The notes beneath the pieces are model-generated. The model did no database searches. It was not told where the DNA came from and was given only the letters and a program-made list of their open reading frames with translations. The position numbers and the translations under genes were made by a program. Shown in pieces: positions 51,693-64,000 of a stretch of 64,000 nucleotides of DNA (positions are counted from its first letter, which is position 1; the number at the start of each line of letters is the position of its first letter). The DNA is from Callorhinchus milii (lineage: Eukaryota): positions 78,618,001-78,682,000 of the forward strand of contig NW_024704743.1 of the NCBI RefSeq assembly GCF_018977255.1, read 5' to 3'.

Positions 51693-52277
51693 CTTTAAAG
51701 CAAGAGCAGAAGACTCTCTGGTCAAGTTCTTTATTGACTAATGTTTTCACGTTACATCCTGCATTATAGTACAAGTGGCTTGAAAAGATAAGCTATGCCC
51801 TCAGTGCATATTATTATATAATGAGTTTAAAAAGTAGCTTTATTTTGTAACTTGGTATAATTGGTGGTACAGTTGCTATCAATCTATCCAACATGCAAGT
51901 ATCTGAATACATTAAATTTGAAGCAACAATACTGGAACCTCAGCAAAACAGCTATTTTGCATGCAAATTGGTTAAACAGGCTACAGCTAAACAATGCATT
52001 GGCTATCTACATAGATGTTCGCATTTTTCCAGGCAGCAGATGGTACAGAGGGACTTCCTATCAAGTTCCCCACTTCAGTTGGCTTGGAGATAGGAATGGC
52101 TTGTAAAGGGGTCTAATTTTATTTAAATGTTGAAAATACAACTCTCAAGTTTGAGACAACGAATGTGTATTGTTTGGAAATGGGAAGGGAAAGAAGAGAA
52201 TCGCAGCTTTTTTAAGACACAATTTGAAGATATGCATTAGCAAACATTTGAAAGAATTAACCCTTTATTGGGAGTAC

Positions 52278-52369
52278 CTTTTGCATGGTCCTTGTCTAAT
52301 TGGTTTGCCACTTTTTTCCATTCTTCCATTTGATCCTGAAGAGGATTTATCAGGCAATCAATCAAAGCG
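52278..52369 (-). CDS. MTSS1: MTSS1 exon (IMD)
   Basis: ALIDCLINPLQDQMEEWKKVANQLDKDHAK; 92 nt, phase 2-1. Confidence 0.96.
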
Positions 52370-52996
52370 CTGAGTTAATAATAAGAAAAAAAAGTTAAAA
52401 TTGAAATAAACATATCATTTTATTTTTAAAACACAAGCAAACAATTCTGCATATTGCTAGAGCGTTAAAACTTAAGCCATTTAATGCAAAAGCAAAAAGC
52501 ATGGAGCTCCAATAGTTAATTAATATAAATTAATTTTCACCTAAGCTGGTGTAGATGGCCTTTTTAAAACAATGCATTACATTTAACTGGAGTGGAGAGT
52601 CAAATTACTTTCAAAACATTGAACATGCATATATGCACAAATCTATCTTGTTAAGATGCAGGAAAATGCATTAAAAATACAAATCCACAGAACTAAAAAG
52701 CTACCCATAAAACATGAGTGACCCAATTGAGTACTCAACCAGAACGTCAATATCAAAATTCAATGTCATTCAGCAGATTGGCAAGAAAACCATGGGAAAA
52801 ATGAACTGTGACAGCTGAATTAAGCTGGTGAGTGCCCCAGGATGCAAAGTGTACGCAACTTCCAAATATTCACTAGAAAAACATTACTGCCAACTGCTTT
52901 CTGACTCAGCCAGATATTCTTATCCTTCTTAAAAAAAAGGGCTAGTTTGGAATGCTTAAATGAAAACTGACATTATCCATTAAAAGAGCAACTTAC

Positions 52997-53081
52997 GCTG
53001 AAAACTGACGAAGTTTTGTTTCTATACTTCTGTGTCTCATACACATTCTGGTCAACGCTGAACCAATTTCTCTTGTCGCAC
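52997..53081 (-). CDS. MTSS1: MTSS1 exon (IMD); the upstream exons appear to lie beyond the window
   Basis: GATREIGSALTRMCMRHRSIETKLRQFSA; 85 nt, phase 1-2. Confidence 0.96.
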
Positions 53082-56000
53082 CTATGAAGGAGGGGGAAAA
53101 AGGAAAAATAATTCAGTCAAATTTCTAGTTACCTTTTAATACAAATTCAAAGATGGACCAGCTACAGTCTGCCAGTGCCCAAGGAACCACATCCAATGCA
53201 AATACAAGCATTTATTATTAATTCAGGAGAGGAATGGTAAATTGGCAGGGATATAAGCATCTTTGTTCCACCATTGTCCATAGTGGAATTGCCCATACTT
53301 TGCCCGTTCCAGAAAGAACATTTAGAACATAAAAATGTGTGTGTTGGGAGGTATTTACAAAACAACCCAATAGTACCATATAAAATAATTGACAATTATA
53401 AGTTATTTCCTGGTCATTGTAAATGTATCCAATTGCTCTGGGTGGGAACAAAATGTATTTATACTTTTGATTTATATTTATAGTGAAAAACAAATGGTGA
53501 CATGTGTAGAAAAAGTAGCTTCCAAGTTGTACAGAATTGCCATGACCAGTCAACCTGTAATGTTTTAAGGGCATTTATCTGTACTCTGTATCCGGTAGGC
53601 AGCACATGTACCAAATAATACTTGGGTTATGTTTTCATGCTGACCTAGTAGATGAAGGCTAGAGTTAACACTAAGGCATCTAAACCAGAAGGTTCCAGGT
53701 TTGTCTCCTCATCTTTATTACACTCGTGAATCAGTCTGGGTAGCAGATGAGGTGCTAGAAGTTGTCTAAGCTCCCGAGCTAGGGAGCATCAAGCAAAACA
53801 AAACCGGTCATCTGGGGTTCCTGTTTACAATCACTATCCAGTGAATAATGTAGGAAAAGTGTTGGACAGAAAAGGTCAGACTTCACCGTGTCCAACTGTA
53901 CTTGAATAGCAACCTGCTAACACTCACCAACTAGGCTCAGATATTAAGAATGACCATTTGAGAACCTTTACGGAACCTTTAGTACAGTACATCATTCACT
54001 CTGGGATAAAACTACCATAGATGAAAGTACAGTGCATTAACCCAGCATAATCCACCCATAACATACAGAATATTACACTAATTTATTTTCACACCAACAT
54101 CAAAAAGATAAGTTTCTGTTAAAAAAAATGTAAGCAAATTTCTTCAGGAAGCTCCACTCGCTACTTCCTTTGCAAAACACAAATTACAAAACTGACAGTC
54201 AGACTCAAGAGGCAAACTGGAGAACATCAACCATCACTGAAGTTGAACCTATGATCAGCCTTTACAGTATTGCTTCCACTGTAATATTACACATTTGTTT
54301 CACATCAATGTTTTTCTCATTGTGTTGGAAGATACACAATATTGACTTTTAGCCTGCCAACTCAAATAGCTTTGGACTTTAAAATCCAAGACGCCAAAAT
54401 GCAAATACTCTCCTCCCAAAACTGCTGACCTTGCAAGAAAATTATTAATTATATACCGTCAGGTTGAGATAAGAGTCATATCTCAGTTATCATCTTGCAT
54501 CAAATAGCGCAGAGAGTTATTTGCTGTAATAATATTATAATAATCTTTGCATTTGATATAGTGCCTCATCACGTCTTCGAGATGTCTCAAAGTGCTTCAC
54601 AGAATATACTTTAAAGTGAATTGACTGTAAATTTTGTGGAAACATACACGTTTCCTGACATATAGATACAAGAAACTTTAATTTTGAAAATCCTGAACAT
54701 CCTAAAGATGGCACTAAACACTGATACTGAAGTCAAATCCACGTCAACATTTTTCAGTCAATGGCCTTTGCCATCTGTAATTTTAATTCTACCTTACAAT
54801 AGCATTAGATGGAATATAACGCACTTGCAACTTGTACACAGAAGATCAAATGAAACACATAGTGATGACCCCCACCTCGCCACCCCAGCTATTTCATTCT
54901 TTATAAGACACACACTTATTCCAGCCTGCCTCAACATTCATTTCTCTCCCATTTAGTAATGCAAGCAATAATTTTGCCAAAACTGGGTCAAATTTCTAAA
55001 AACACAAATTATCTGCCAAGACCTGGAAAAAATAAAGTCTGAACAGGCAAAGGATACTGTACGATGAGAGATCAGTCCTTCACCAGAACAAAGAAATCTA
55101 TTCCAATCTTCCAAATCAGAAAACAGAAGCACACCATTTCAACACGTTAAGCCGGCTCTAGCAAGGTAGCTAGAAAGCTGCATCACTAAAATCACATAAT
55201 AATAATAATTACCTAATATGCACAAATTAAGGTGTCACTCTTCTGTGTAAATTTCAAATGCTTTGGTCTGCCATCGACATATAGGAAACCGTATCATATC
55301 AAGTCAAATGCATAGAAATGTAGAGTTTTTATATTTTTAGATAAATTAGTGTAGAAGGGCAATATTAATAACACTAATTTAAGAGATTTACTTCAATTTG
55401 TCTGGCAGCCTGCATTGTAACGGAGTGCACATATCAAACTAACTTACAGGATAACGGTATATCAGCTCCTTGGGACGTCCTCCCGACATGAAAGGCACTC
55501 TATAAATGTAATTTTGTTACTGTTATTGTTGCATATTGCTTGAGGCATTGTAATGTCTCAGCTATTTTCTGAACATTACACCTCTAGGATGAAAGCTGAC
55601 ATGCACTGGAGGTGATCCAATTCCTAAAGTAAAGGTATCTGCATTATTAACAATGCAAAGCCATGCTAATTCAGCTTACTGATTTCCCAATACATTAATC
55701 CATTCCATCCTCCAACAGTACAACCAGACATGGAGAAACGTTACCTTTAACAATGACAAAGTGAGGTAGAGAGAAAGAGATAGAGATAAACCAGTGAAAC
55801 AGAGAGAGACCAGCGAGAGAAAGACAAACCAGCACAAGAGACCAGATAGATATATAAAGACAGAGACAAAGAAAAAAGTAGTCAGTTTGTCAGAATGTTA
55901 TCTCCACCTCGTAGATAAAAGGTCAACCTTGTGCTTGCCCACCACTTCTTCAGTTTTTTTCAGTCGCAGTAAGCGGTAAGCAAGGGCATTGCACTATTGC

Positions 56001-56456
56001 TCAACAGATTTATGCTAGAGAATGCAGATTTTTCCCATAATTATCCAAGTAAAGAAGCTCTGGACTTCTTGTAATCTCCATTGACCCGTCACTCCAAGGG
56101 AAAAGAGCTAAGTGACAAGTTATCCAGGGTGAGAAGTTAGAGATGGGTCCTCCCCGGCCACAAGGGGGAGCTGAGACACTTGCATGTTCAGATGTATCTC
56201 AGAGGTCTCTAGTCTATTGTAGGGCTGCACCGTGGCCTCCCTCCTGATCCTGTCATAGGACAGGGTGGGTGGGCCTCTGCGATGCAAGACGCCATCTTAT
56301 AGGACGAGTTATCCGATCAATTTCACATTACAAGTACTTACAAGAATTTCTAAAATGTGACAAGTTACGTGTTGAGCGGAGTGACAAGTAAAGCAGAGAC
56401 CCATAACATTTTGCTGTATATCCCAACATGTGACCAGCAGAGAGTGGGCAACTGTG

Positions 56457-56761
56457 GAGTCCTGTAGCTCAGTGGTTAGAGCACTCGCTTTGCAAGCGAG
56501 AGACCTGAGTTCAATTCCAGGCAGAGGGCGAAACCTTGGGCAAGTTTCCTTACTCCACACGCCTAATAATAATCCCTCCTAAACCAAAACAATAATAAAT
56601 TGGTCATTTTCAATCTACGACTGTTTGTGGGACATTGCTGTGCGCAATTGGCTGCCGCGTTCGCCCACAAATATACAGTCAATTCACTTTACAGTGTGTT
56701 CTGTGAAGCGCTTTGGGACGTCCTCCCGACGTGAAAAGCGCTATATTAAATGCAAGGATTA
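56457..56761 (+). mobile_element. Young SINE lacking its (TTA)n tail, fused to an L2
   Basis: Near-identical to 5762-6063. Confidence 0.9.
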
Positions 56762-57197
56762 CTCATCCTCACCTACAAGGCCATTCACGGCCTCGCTCCC
56801 TCCTACCTCTCCGACCTACTATCCCCCTACCTACCTGCCCGTACCCTCCGTTCCTCTGGCTCCGGTCTGCTCCACGTCCCCTGCCCCAACCGCCCTACCA
56901 TCGGTGGCCGGGCCTTCAGCCTCTCAGCCCCGAGGCTCTGGAACTCTATCCTCTAGTGCCTTCGCCTTGCCTCCTCCCTTTCCTCCTTCAAGGCCGGTCT
57001 CAAGACCTTTCTCTTTGACCGTGCCTTCAGCTCCCCTCACGACTCTCTACCCCCTCCTCGCTCCCTCCCTTCTCTCCCCTCAACCTGACCATTTCCCCCC
57101 TGCTCGGGCCCTGACCCAACTGTACAGCGCCTTGGGACGTCCTCCCGACGTGAAAGGCGCTCAATAAATGGAATCTTGTTGTTGTATTATTATTATA
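56762..57197 (+). mobile_element. 5'-truncated L2 3' end
   Basis: LILTYKAIHGLAPSYLSDLLSPYLPARTLRSS...; matches 13649-14076. Confidence 0.9.
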
Positions 57198-58139
57198 ACT
57201 TCTCCAAAGTGACGTTGAGTGTGTGTGTGTACAATTTACATTTATATAGCACTATTCATATCGGAAGGACATCTCAAAGTGCTTTATACATAATCACTTT
57301 AACAGCCAGCTTTGTTGGGTGTCAGTCAGGTAGATACCCATCCGCTTCCTCCCCTGCCCCTAAAAAAATCCAATACGCCCAACAGCCTATGAATAGATTC
57401 ACTTGACCAGAATCTAAAGTTGGCAAAAGTAGAGCATTTAGAAATAGCCCTAAATTCCAATTAAAATGAGAATGAGAAACAATAACGATAAGAGCAGAGA
57501 ACGTCAAACCTATTTAGGAGACTCTTGTGTATTGTGTCTGTGTAAAAAAGGCAAACACAGAAATTCCCGGCATTGTAGTTGGGAGAATTAGTTCAGGAAC
57601 CCAGTGAAATTCTCAGTCTCTTGTTTACTAATGAAAACTATTTCAACCAATAACCAATTAAAAACACCCCTACTGTGAAATACCTCCACAAAACATCATG
57701 TCCAGCTGTCTTGCCTACTGTGATTAGCTCTAACCCACTGAACCGGAATCGCAGAAACTTTTTAAACTTTTTTTAAACCATAAAATCAAATCATAAATAA
57801 AATCAAAAAATAAATAAAATCAAAGTGCTCAGTTACAATATTACTGTCCCAGGTATTGAGAAAACGTGCCGACGGCAAGCCACATTCAGTCAAAAACATA
57901 TTTTAAAATTATGCGGGAGCACCATAATTCCCCATGTGGGGTTGGGATGGGGATACGAGAATTAAAAACCAAACCATGCTCACAGCTCATTCCATTTGGC
58001 TGGTAAGGCTCAGCACCATAAGAGGGATGACTGTTACAAGCTCATAAAGGGATCCCCATAAAGGCCTCCAACCTACCCATTACAGTTTCAAGTTGTTTCT
58101 TAAAGGCAACCTTCTGTGTTTGTGAAAAAAAATGCTTCC

Positions 58140-58390
58140 TTAAACCTGCCCTTCAACCCCTGAATCAATACCCTCTTGTTCTGCTGCTTTGCTCCAGGTA
58201 TACTTTATTGAGTTAAGCATCTCAAAGACTTCCTCAAAGATGTCATTTTTTGAGGCTAGGAGCCTTAGAAGTTTCTCATCATTGATCCTTCTAACAATTG
58301 GGAACAATCTCGTTGCTCTCTTTTGCCCCATCTCTAGGGCCTGGGTGGAATTCCAAATCCAGGTCATTGAATGCAGACAAGGAATAGGCG
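58140..58390 (-). mobile_element. Old CR1 fragment
   Basis: Translation QALEMGQKRATRLFP resembles the CR1 ORF2 motif LERVQRRATKMI. Confidence 0.5.
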
Positions 58391-58522
58391 GGGTACCAGG
58401 TGCCTCGGGCACTCACTCAAAACATCCCCTTAATTTGACCCAGTTTTCTGGACTTTAGGATTACTCCCTGCTTTCTTTCCTTAAATCAATTATGAATTCA
58501 CTCCCATGACTTGCCCTCAACA

Positions 58523-59368
58523 CCCACTTTGTTTCTCTCAAATGATATTTTATCATAAGGCCTTTTGGAAGTCAGAGATTGCTCAGTAATATGAAAATAA
58601 CATGACCATAGTCAGTTTTATGATCATCCCCTTGGGGGTAATGTACACTAATATAACTGCTGTATAATATTTGGGTGCCATACATTTAACCCCCACCTCC
58701 CCAAAAAAATCTTCAGGTGTAAAACAATTGAGGAAACAAAAACTTGTTTGAGCTAGAGTCACTCAGAAGAGTAAATACTCAAGTGAAATAGATGTGGAAG
58801 ATAATTGAAGCAGCTTTAACTGTTCCCCTTAGAGGATATTTCACGTCATAATTTAACTGCAACTTTATCCTACTAGGTTAGACCAGCACATTTTGCTCAG
58901 TTCCCTGACCATGTACCTATCTGGAATGTAAACCCATTTTAACAAAATGCAATCCGTTGAGGGTTGTCCCAGTTACAACTTCAATAACGTCATTCCAAAG
59001 ATTGAGTCAACTCTCAAGCGGAACATGAGAAACCGAGTTACAAAACTGCACTGTGTTGAGTCGGTGCTAAATTTATAATCAGGCCAAAAAATGCCCAGTG
59101 GTGATCAAAGTCCATAAACACCTTCACTGATGGAAATCCATATTTACATTTATCAAATGAACAGAAAGCAGTTCGCTCGACGCCCACTTTGTAAAGTCAT
59201 CTCTCAAATGATATTTTATCACAAGGCCTTTTGGAGGTCAGATTATGCTCAATAATATGACTAACACTACCAGTCAGTTTTATGACGCCATCCCCTCAGT
59301 GCAATGTACACTAACTAGTATGACTGCACAATTCCTCCCTATACATTTAATCTTCCTCCCCAAAAAAA
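58523..59368. repeat. Diverged direct duplication of about 185 bp (58523-58709 and 59183-59368)
   Basis: Shared blocks CTCTCAAATGATATTTTATCA, AAGGCCTTTTGGA, AGTCAGTTTTATGA, AATGTACACTAA, ATACATTTAA. Confidence 0.8.
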
Positions 59369-60477
59369 CAAAACTGAAAGAGATTATGCTACTTTAGTGT
59401 TTTTTGTCTTGCATCTGGGAAGCATTTTTGAAGGAGATTTGCACCAGGCACAAATTAATGAAATACATGTCCCTAAGCCAAATGCAAAAGGAAATTAGTG
59501 AGAGTCTTTGGGTTCATAATCATCACTTTTCGTACGGTTTTTGCTTGTTGCTTGGACACCATGGAACAATGCAGCCTGAGAATGCTCAAGAAATTGAAAC
59601 TTGGAGGTTCAGAAAAAACTGCACTAAAACTGGAAGCAAAGCTTTAAAAAAACTCCCGAAAGGAGTTAAAAGGAGATCTCCTTGGAGCTACTTCCCAATG
59701 TGAAAGGCGCTACACAGATGTACATGTGTATTATATTGTAAAATCAGCTCCTGCTTCGTAAAATGGCACTAAATCCAATGGAATCCAACAAATAGTCTTG
59801 GAGATAATGCTATATATGCCATGTGACATTCTACTGAATAACCATCACTCAAAATCTCATCTGTAGGCAATTGCTGTCTCCCACTTTGGAAAGCTTACCA
59901 CCCCAAGCAGCTAATCAACATGCACTCAATACATCAGTAAGCAGGCTGCATCGGGCACAAAAAGACTATTCTTTCTCCACCATTCACAGCAGTGCTCAAT
60001 TCAGCCCACATCTACACAACCTCTTTTACATTCTCATCTAAAGCTAACATTGTTTGACACAAATTAAGAGGAACTTTTGCAGAGGCGCAACATTTCCTTT
60101 TTTAAAAAAATAATAAGATTAAAGTCTTAATGGAAAGAGTCGCATTTTAATGTTGAATTTTGTTGGCGCGGTCTGCTTTTTGTCTTGCCTGGGGCATTGT
60201 TTGGGAAAATCAACTGAGCTGAAGAGAAGGTAAATCAAACACTGAATTGACCTAGAATGGAAAATAATGGAAATCCAAGACGGATAATTCTACTTACTAG
60301 AACTGCCACAACCAAAGCAAGTCTGAAGAAGCTTTTTTTAAAAAAATTAATGTATTTTGATGGAACAGTATTCATGAAAATTGAATATCTCCAAGAGCAC
60401 CAAGAGGTATGTTTTTCACACCTGATTTTTTTATTTCTTCAATTTTATTTTCACAGTATTGCTTAATTTATGGCACT

Positions 60478-60893
60478 GACACCTGGCTCTGTTGGGAGCA
60501 TTCTCACCTCTGAGACAGAGGTTGTGGGTTCAAGCTCCACCTCAGGCTCAGACTCCATTACAGTGCTGTACTGGGGGTACACAAAGAAGTGCTGTATTAT
60601 TGCTGTTCTTCGAATGAGACGTTAAACTGAGATCCTGTTTGCCTGTTCAGGCACATGTTAAAAGATCCCATGGCACGATTCAAAAAGAAAAGCAAGTTTG
60701 TCCCGGTGGCCTGGCCAACAATCCTCCAAATAAAATTGATCATCCACTTAATAGCTGCCTGTGGGATACTGCTAATATGCAAATTGGCTACTGCATTCGC
60801 CTACAAAATACACAGTCACTGTACTCTACACTGTACTTTGAGACGCTTTGATGGTGCGATAAGGGGCTATATTAATGCAAGGATTATTATATT
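60478..60893 (+). mobile_element. Near full-length older Deu-type SINE
   Basis: tRNA-like head GGTTGTGGGTTCAAG, AAAGATCCCATGGCAC core, AAATTGGCT Deu-like motif, L2-type tail. Confidence 0.7.
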
Positions 60894-63800
60894 TTAAGAT
60901 CTGAATGCTGGCTTAAAATATTGATATAAAAAGTAATGCAAACACTGAATCCCTCCTTACAAGAATATTAAATCCGACTGAAACTTTAAATTAGTATTTC
61001 AATATTAAACCTTTATAAATGTATTAAAGGAGGATCAATTAGTTTTCAGGAGGGGCTTATCAAATTTGGAATTCAAAATTAAAATCGAATTGCTTTTAAT
61101 CTGTTGTTGAATCTCCAAGGTTTCAATTCTACCAAGCTACTAAAAAAAANTTCTAAATTACAAATAGCATTGTGTCAATGTCACCAACTTGAATGCAGAT
61201 ATGGTATGCTGACTTTCCCCAAACCTAAATTATTATTCAGCCTTTGATAGCGATTAATGCAATATTTTCACAACCGCAGTCATGAGTCAGCAATAAGGTG
61301 CAGACAGTGGTTTGACTAGAATAAAAACTAATTTTGTCAGATATTTCTTTTTTTAAAAATGCAGAAATAAGCTTATATGAAAGTTGTATTAAAATGAAAG
61401 GAAGCAGATTGCTCCTTGAACAAAGCTCTTGTCAGAGTAAAGCAAGCCTTTGTCTGAAAGTCGCTATATCTACCATCCTGTGAAGTTGGCAAAAAGAACG
61501 TCCTTACTGCAAATGAAAGCATGCATTTAATGTGTTTTAATGAAGGACTTCCTTTGATAAAAGAATACATTTCTGAATTGAATCCACTAATTAAGTATTA
61601 TTCACTTGCTTATAAGCTCCAATCAGGCTTCAGTGGAGGATAAATGAAAGAATGAACTGAAAATTAAATCAGCAGATTTACTGCAGTGACAATGATGTGC
61701 AGTACTACAGATTTTAAAGCCACATAAACCTAAATGGGGTTCAAAACAGAACAAGGTACCTTTAAAATACATATTGCAAGGAGACACTGTATTTTGAAAA
61801 CAAAATGGACAAAAAAGGCATTTGGTATTCTGAACAAATCAAAGTCTATGTGGAGTGCCTTATGAAACCCACTCAATAGGTTCAAAGAGACGGTGTTTTG
61901 GTTTGATAATACAAGGCAAACCCATATTGTGTTATTCAGATATTGTTCTGCTCTTACCTGGTTTCATCATGCAGGTCCACATCCAAAAATTTAGAAATGG
62001 AACAGATTTTTTTTCCTGGAATGAGTTACTGGAATCGGCTTGCTTTTGCATTTAATAGAATTCAAAGAGATAGTAAATTATTGCATCCTAAAATGTAATA
62101 TTTGTGCTTTTTAAATGGCCAGTTCTCTGAAAGGATGGAAACAGTCCTCTTTGTACAAAAATAACACTGTCACTAAACAAGAAGGCTTTGTAAGGGTCCG
62201 TAAAGCCATCAATTGTTAACTCATCCCAGGAAACTCAATTCAGTCCCATCCTAAAATAAACGGATTGGGCAAAACACATTACTGCACAAGGTTACTGAAT
62301 GGTGATAAGAGTATCGGTCGAATGATCTTTTGGTGAAAAGTTCACCAATACGATTGCTGTTCCAAGTTCGTTGGTTCGTTCATTCATTCAAAAGTTGGTG
62401 ACAAATCAGCCCTTGTCTCTGTATTGAAAACATTCAAATTCTCAATTCAGACAGTCTACGCCACACTCTCCAGGAAACGACTTTTAGAGCCGAAAGTGAC
62501 AAATGCCTTTTTGTGCTCTAAAGGGTTCATTGTAAATAATACCATCCATTCATCGTTTTTACTCAAATTCTGCTGGATTCCCTGGACAACTGGGGTGATT
62601 TTGAAGAGAATAATTTGTGCTTGACTTCATTGTGTATCAATTTTTAAACTGCCACATGCACAGCTGTGCATTAGTCCTTCCACCAAGCCAAGGTTCTAGT
62701 ATTCACTCTTAATAGTGCAAATACACAGATTTCAGTGTCACCGAAGGGCATAGAATAGTATTGCAATTATTCTGCACCTCAAAATCCATTCAATTCAGAA
62801 CAATAGTGCCATTGGGCCTGTGGTAGCATTCTCTTATACGGCTAATCACAAGCACCTCCAATATGCTGTGCCAATAATGAATAAACAAATGGAAGTCTTT
62901 CAAAACAAAAAAAAACTTATATGCAAAAGTGCCATTTTACTGCAACCCCATAACAAAACTAGACACAAGAACTTTCATCAAAAGATTGGCTAAAATTTGT
63001 GCAGTGCAGCAAAAAACTCTAGCACTTCACTTTCACTGGGAATCAATTAAATACAAGATTACCTCAACAGTTTCATTTTGATTATTTAAGCTCTTCAAAT
63101 CACCCTGAAGATGTGTTAGAGGGTGACGAAATATAAAATAAGGGCAACTTATTGAAGATAAAGTTATACAGGCAGAAAGCAAGATTAGCTGTATTTCAAG
63201 ACTCCCAAGGAAGGGAGCACCAATTATTCAGCTACTAATAGAAGCTCAGCGTCCATATGCCAGCAGAAAACCTGTTGAACTAATTTGTTATAACCCAATT
63301 ATTAGAGCAAAATGTTCAGTCCAAAGAAAACAACTCAATTTACTCTGGATATAAATCAGCTCCTATTTACACGACCAATCATGTAGATTAATATGTGATT
63401 AAATGCTAATCTCTCTGAGGAAAACTGGATTTTTTAGAAAAAAAACAAAGGGATCTCAATTATCCTAACATTTTTTAAGGATTGGGTGGCTGGCCTTTTT
63501 TAAAAAATTTTAAATGAGAGATAAGGATGTTGTAGCAGTGGTGGTCACACACCAAGAGAGGAAACAAATAATTGTTATGAATTTCCTTAAGGACCAAGGC
63601 TGATCTGGGCCGAATGTATGTGACGATGAGCTTTTGGATTTAATTTTACCATTCAAGGAACAAATTTATTATTATTATTAAATGATGCACCAAGGAGAAA
63701 TAGCTTCTTTCTACACAGAGTTGCGATTATCCAGTGATTTGAAGTTCAATTCATTTTATTCATTGTAACCACATTTTTTTCATCTCGCTTGGCAGCAATG

Positions 63801-64000
63801 AACACGTCCACCAAATTCTGCAGTCCGCTACATCGAATCATATTCTCACACTATTAAATCCTAACAAATCATTATATTTATCCATGAAAGCAGAGTTTTA
63901 AGACAATCTGATCTTTTAATAACGCAGCTGGGGAGGATCTGAATAGCTCTCATCATTGTCTTTTCACATAAACTGTATTGGTTTCTATCTATTATTGATG

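Noticed and set aside
61150..61150. Single N base
   Set aside because: Assembly ambiguity at the end of an A-run, with no biological meaning

Overview
Vertebrate genomic DNA. The repeat content (tRNA-headed Deu-type SINEs with L2 tails, L2, CR1) suggests a cartilaginous fish; this is inferred, not proven. Genes reconstructed by hand from splice sites and reading-frame phase: (1) 5' exons of an unidentified minus-strand gene at the left edge (TATDN1 expected by synteny, unverified); (2) a complete 3-exon Ly6/uPAR (LU-domain, PSCA/LY6E-like) gene, + strand, 1129-5726, 125 aa; (3) complete NDUFB9, + strand, 4 exons, 8566-14677, 173 aa; (4) the 3' part of MTSS1 (MIM, I-BAR/WH2), - strand, 53081 down to 26629, including a 12-nt microexon and two alternative phase-0 exons. 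Most notable observations: three copies of a non-autonomous Helitron-like family, with an apparent Rep/helicase N-terminal relic and a captured L2-type tail; the Ly6 gene interposed upstream of NDUFB9; near-identical inverted SINEs flanking a 417-nt in-frame exon block of MTSS1 (circRNA candidate); a paired inverted CTCF-like motif in the NDUFB9 promoter; a hairpin insertion with a 14-bp target-site duplication; and nested or chimeric retroposons.
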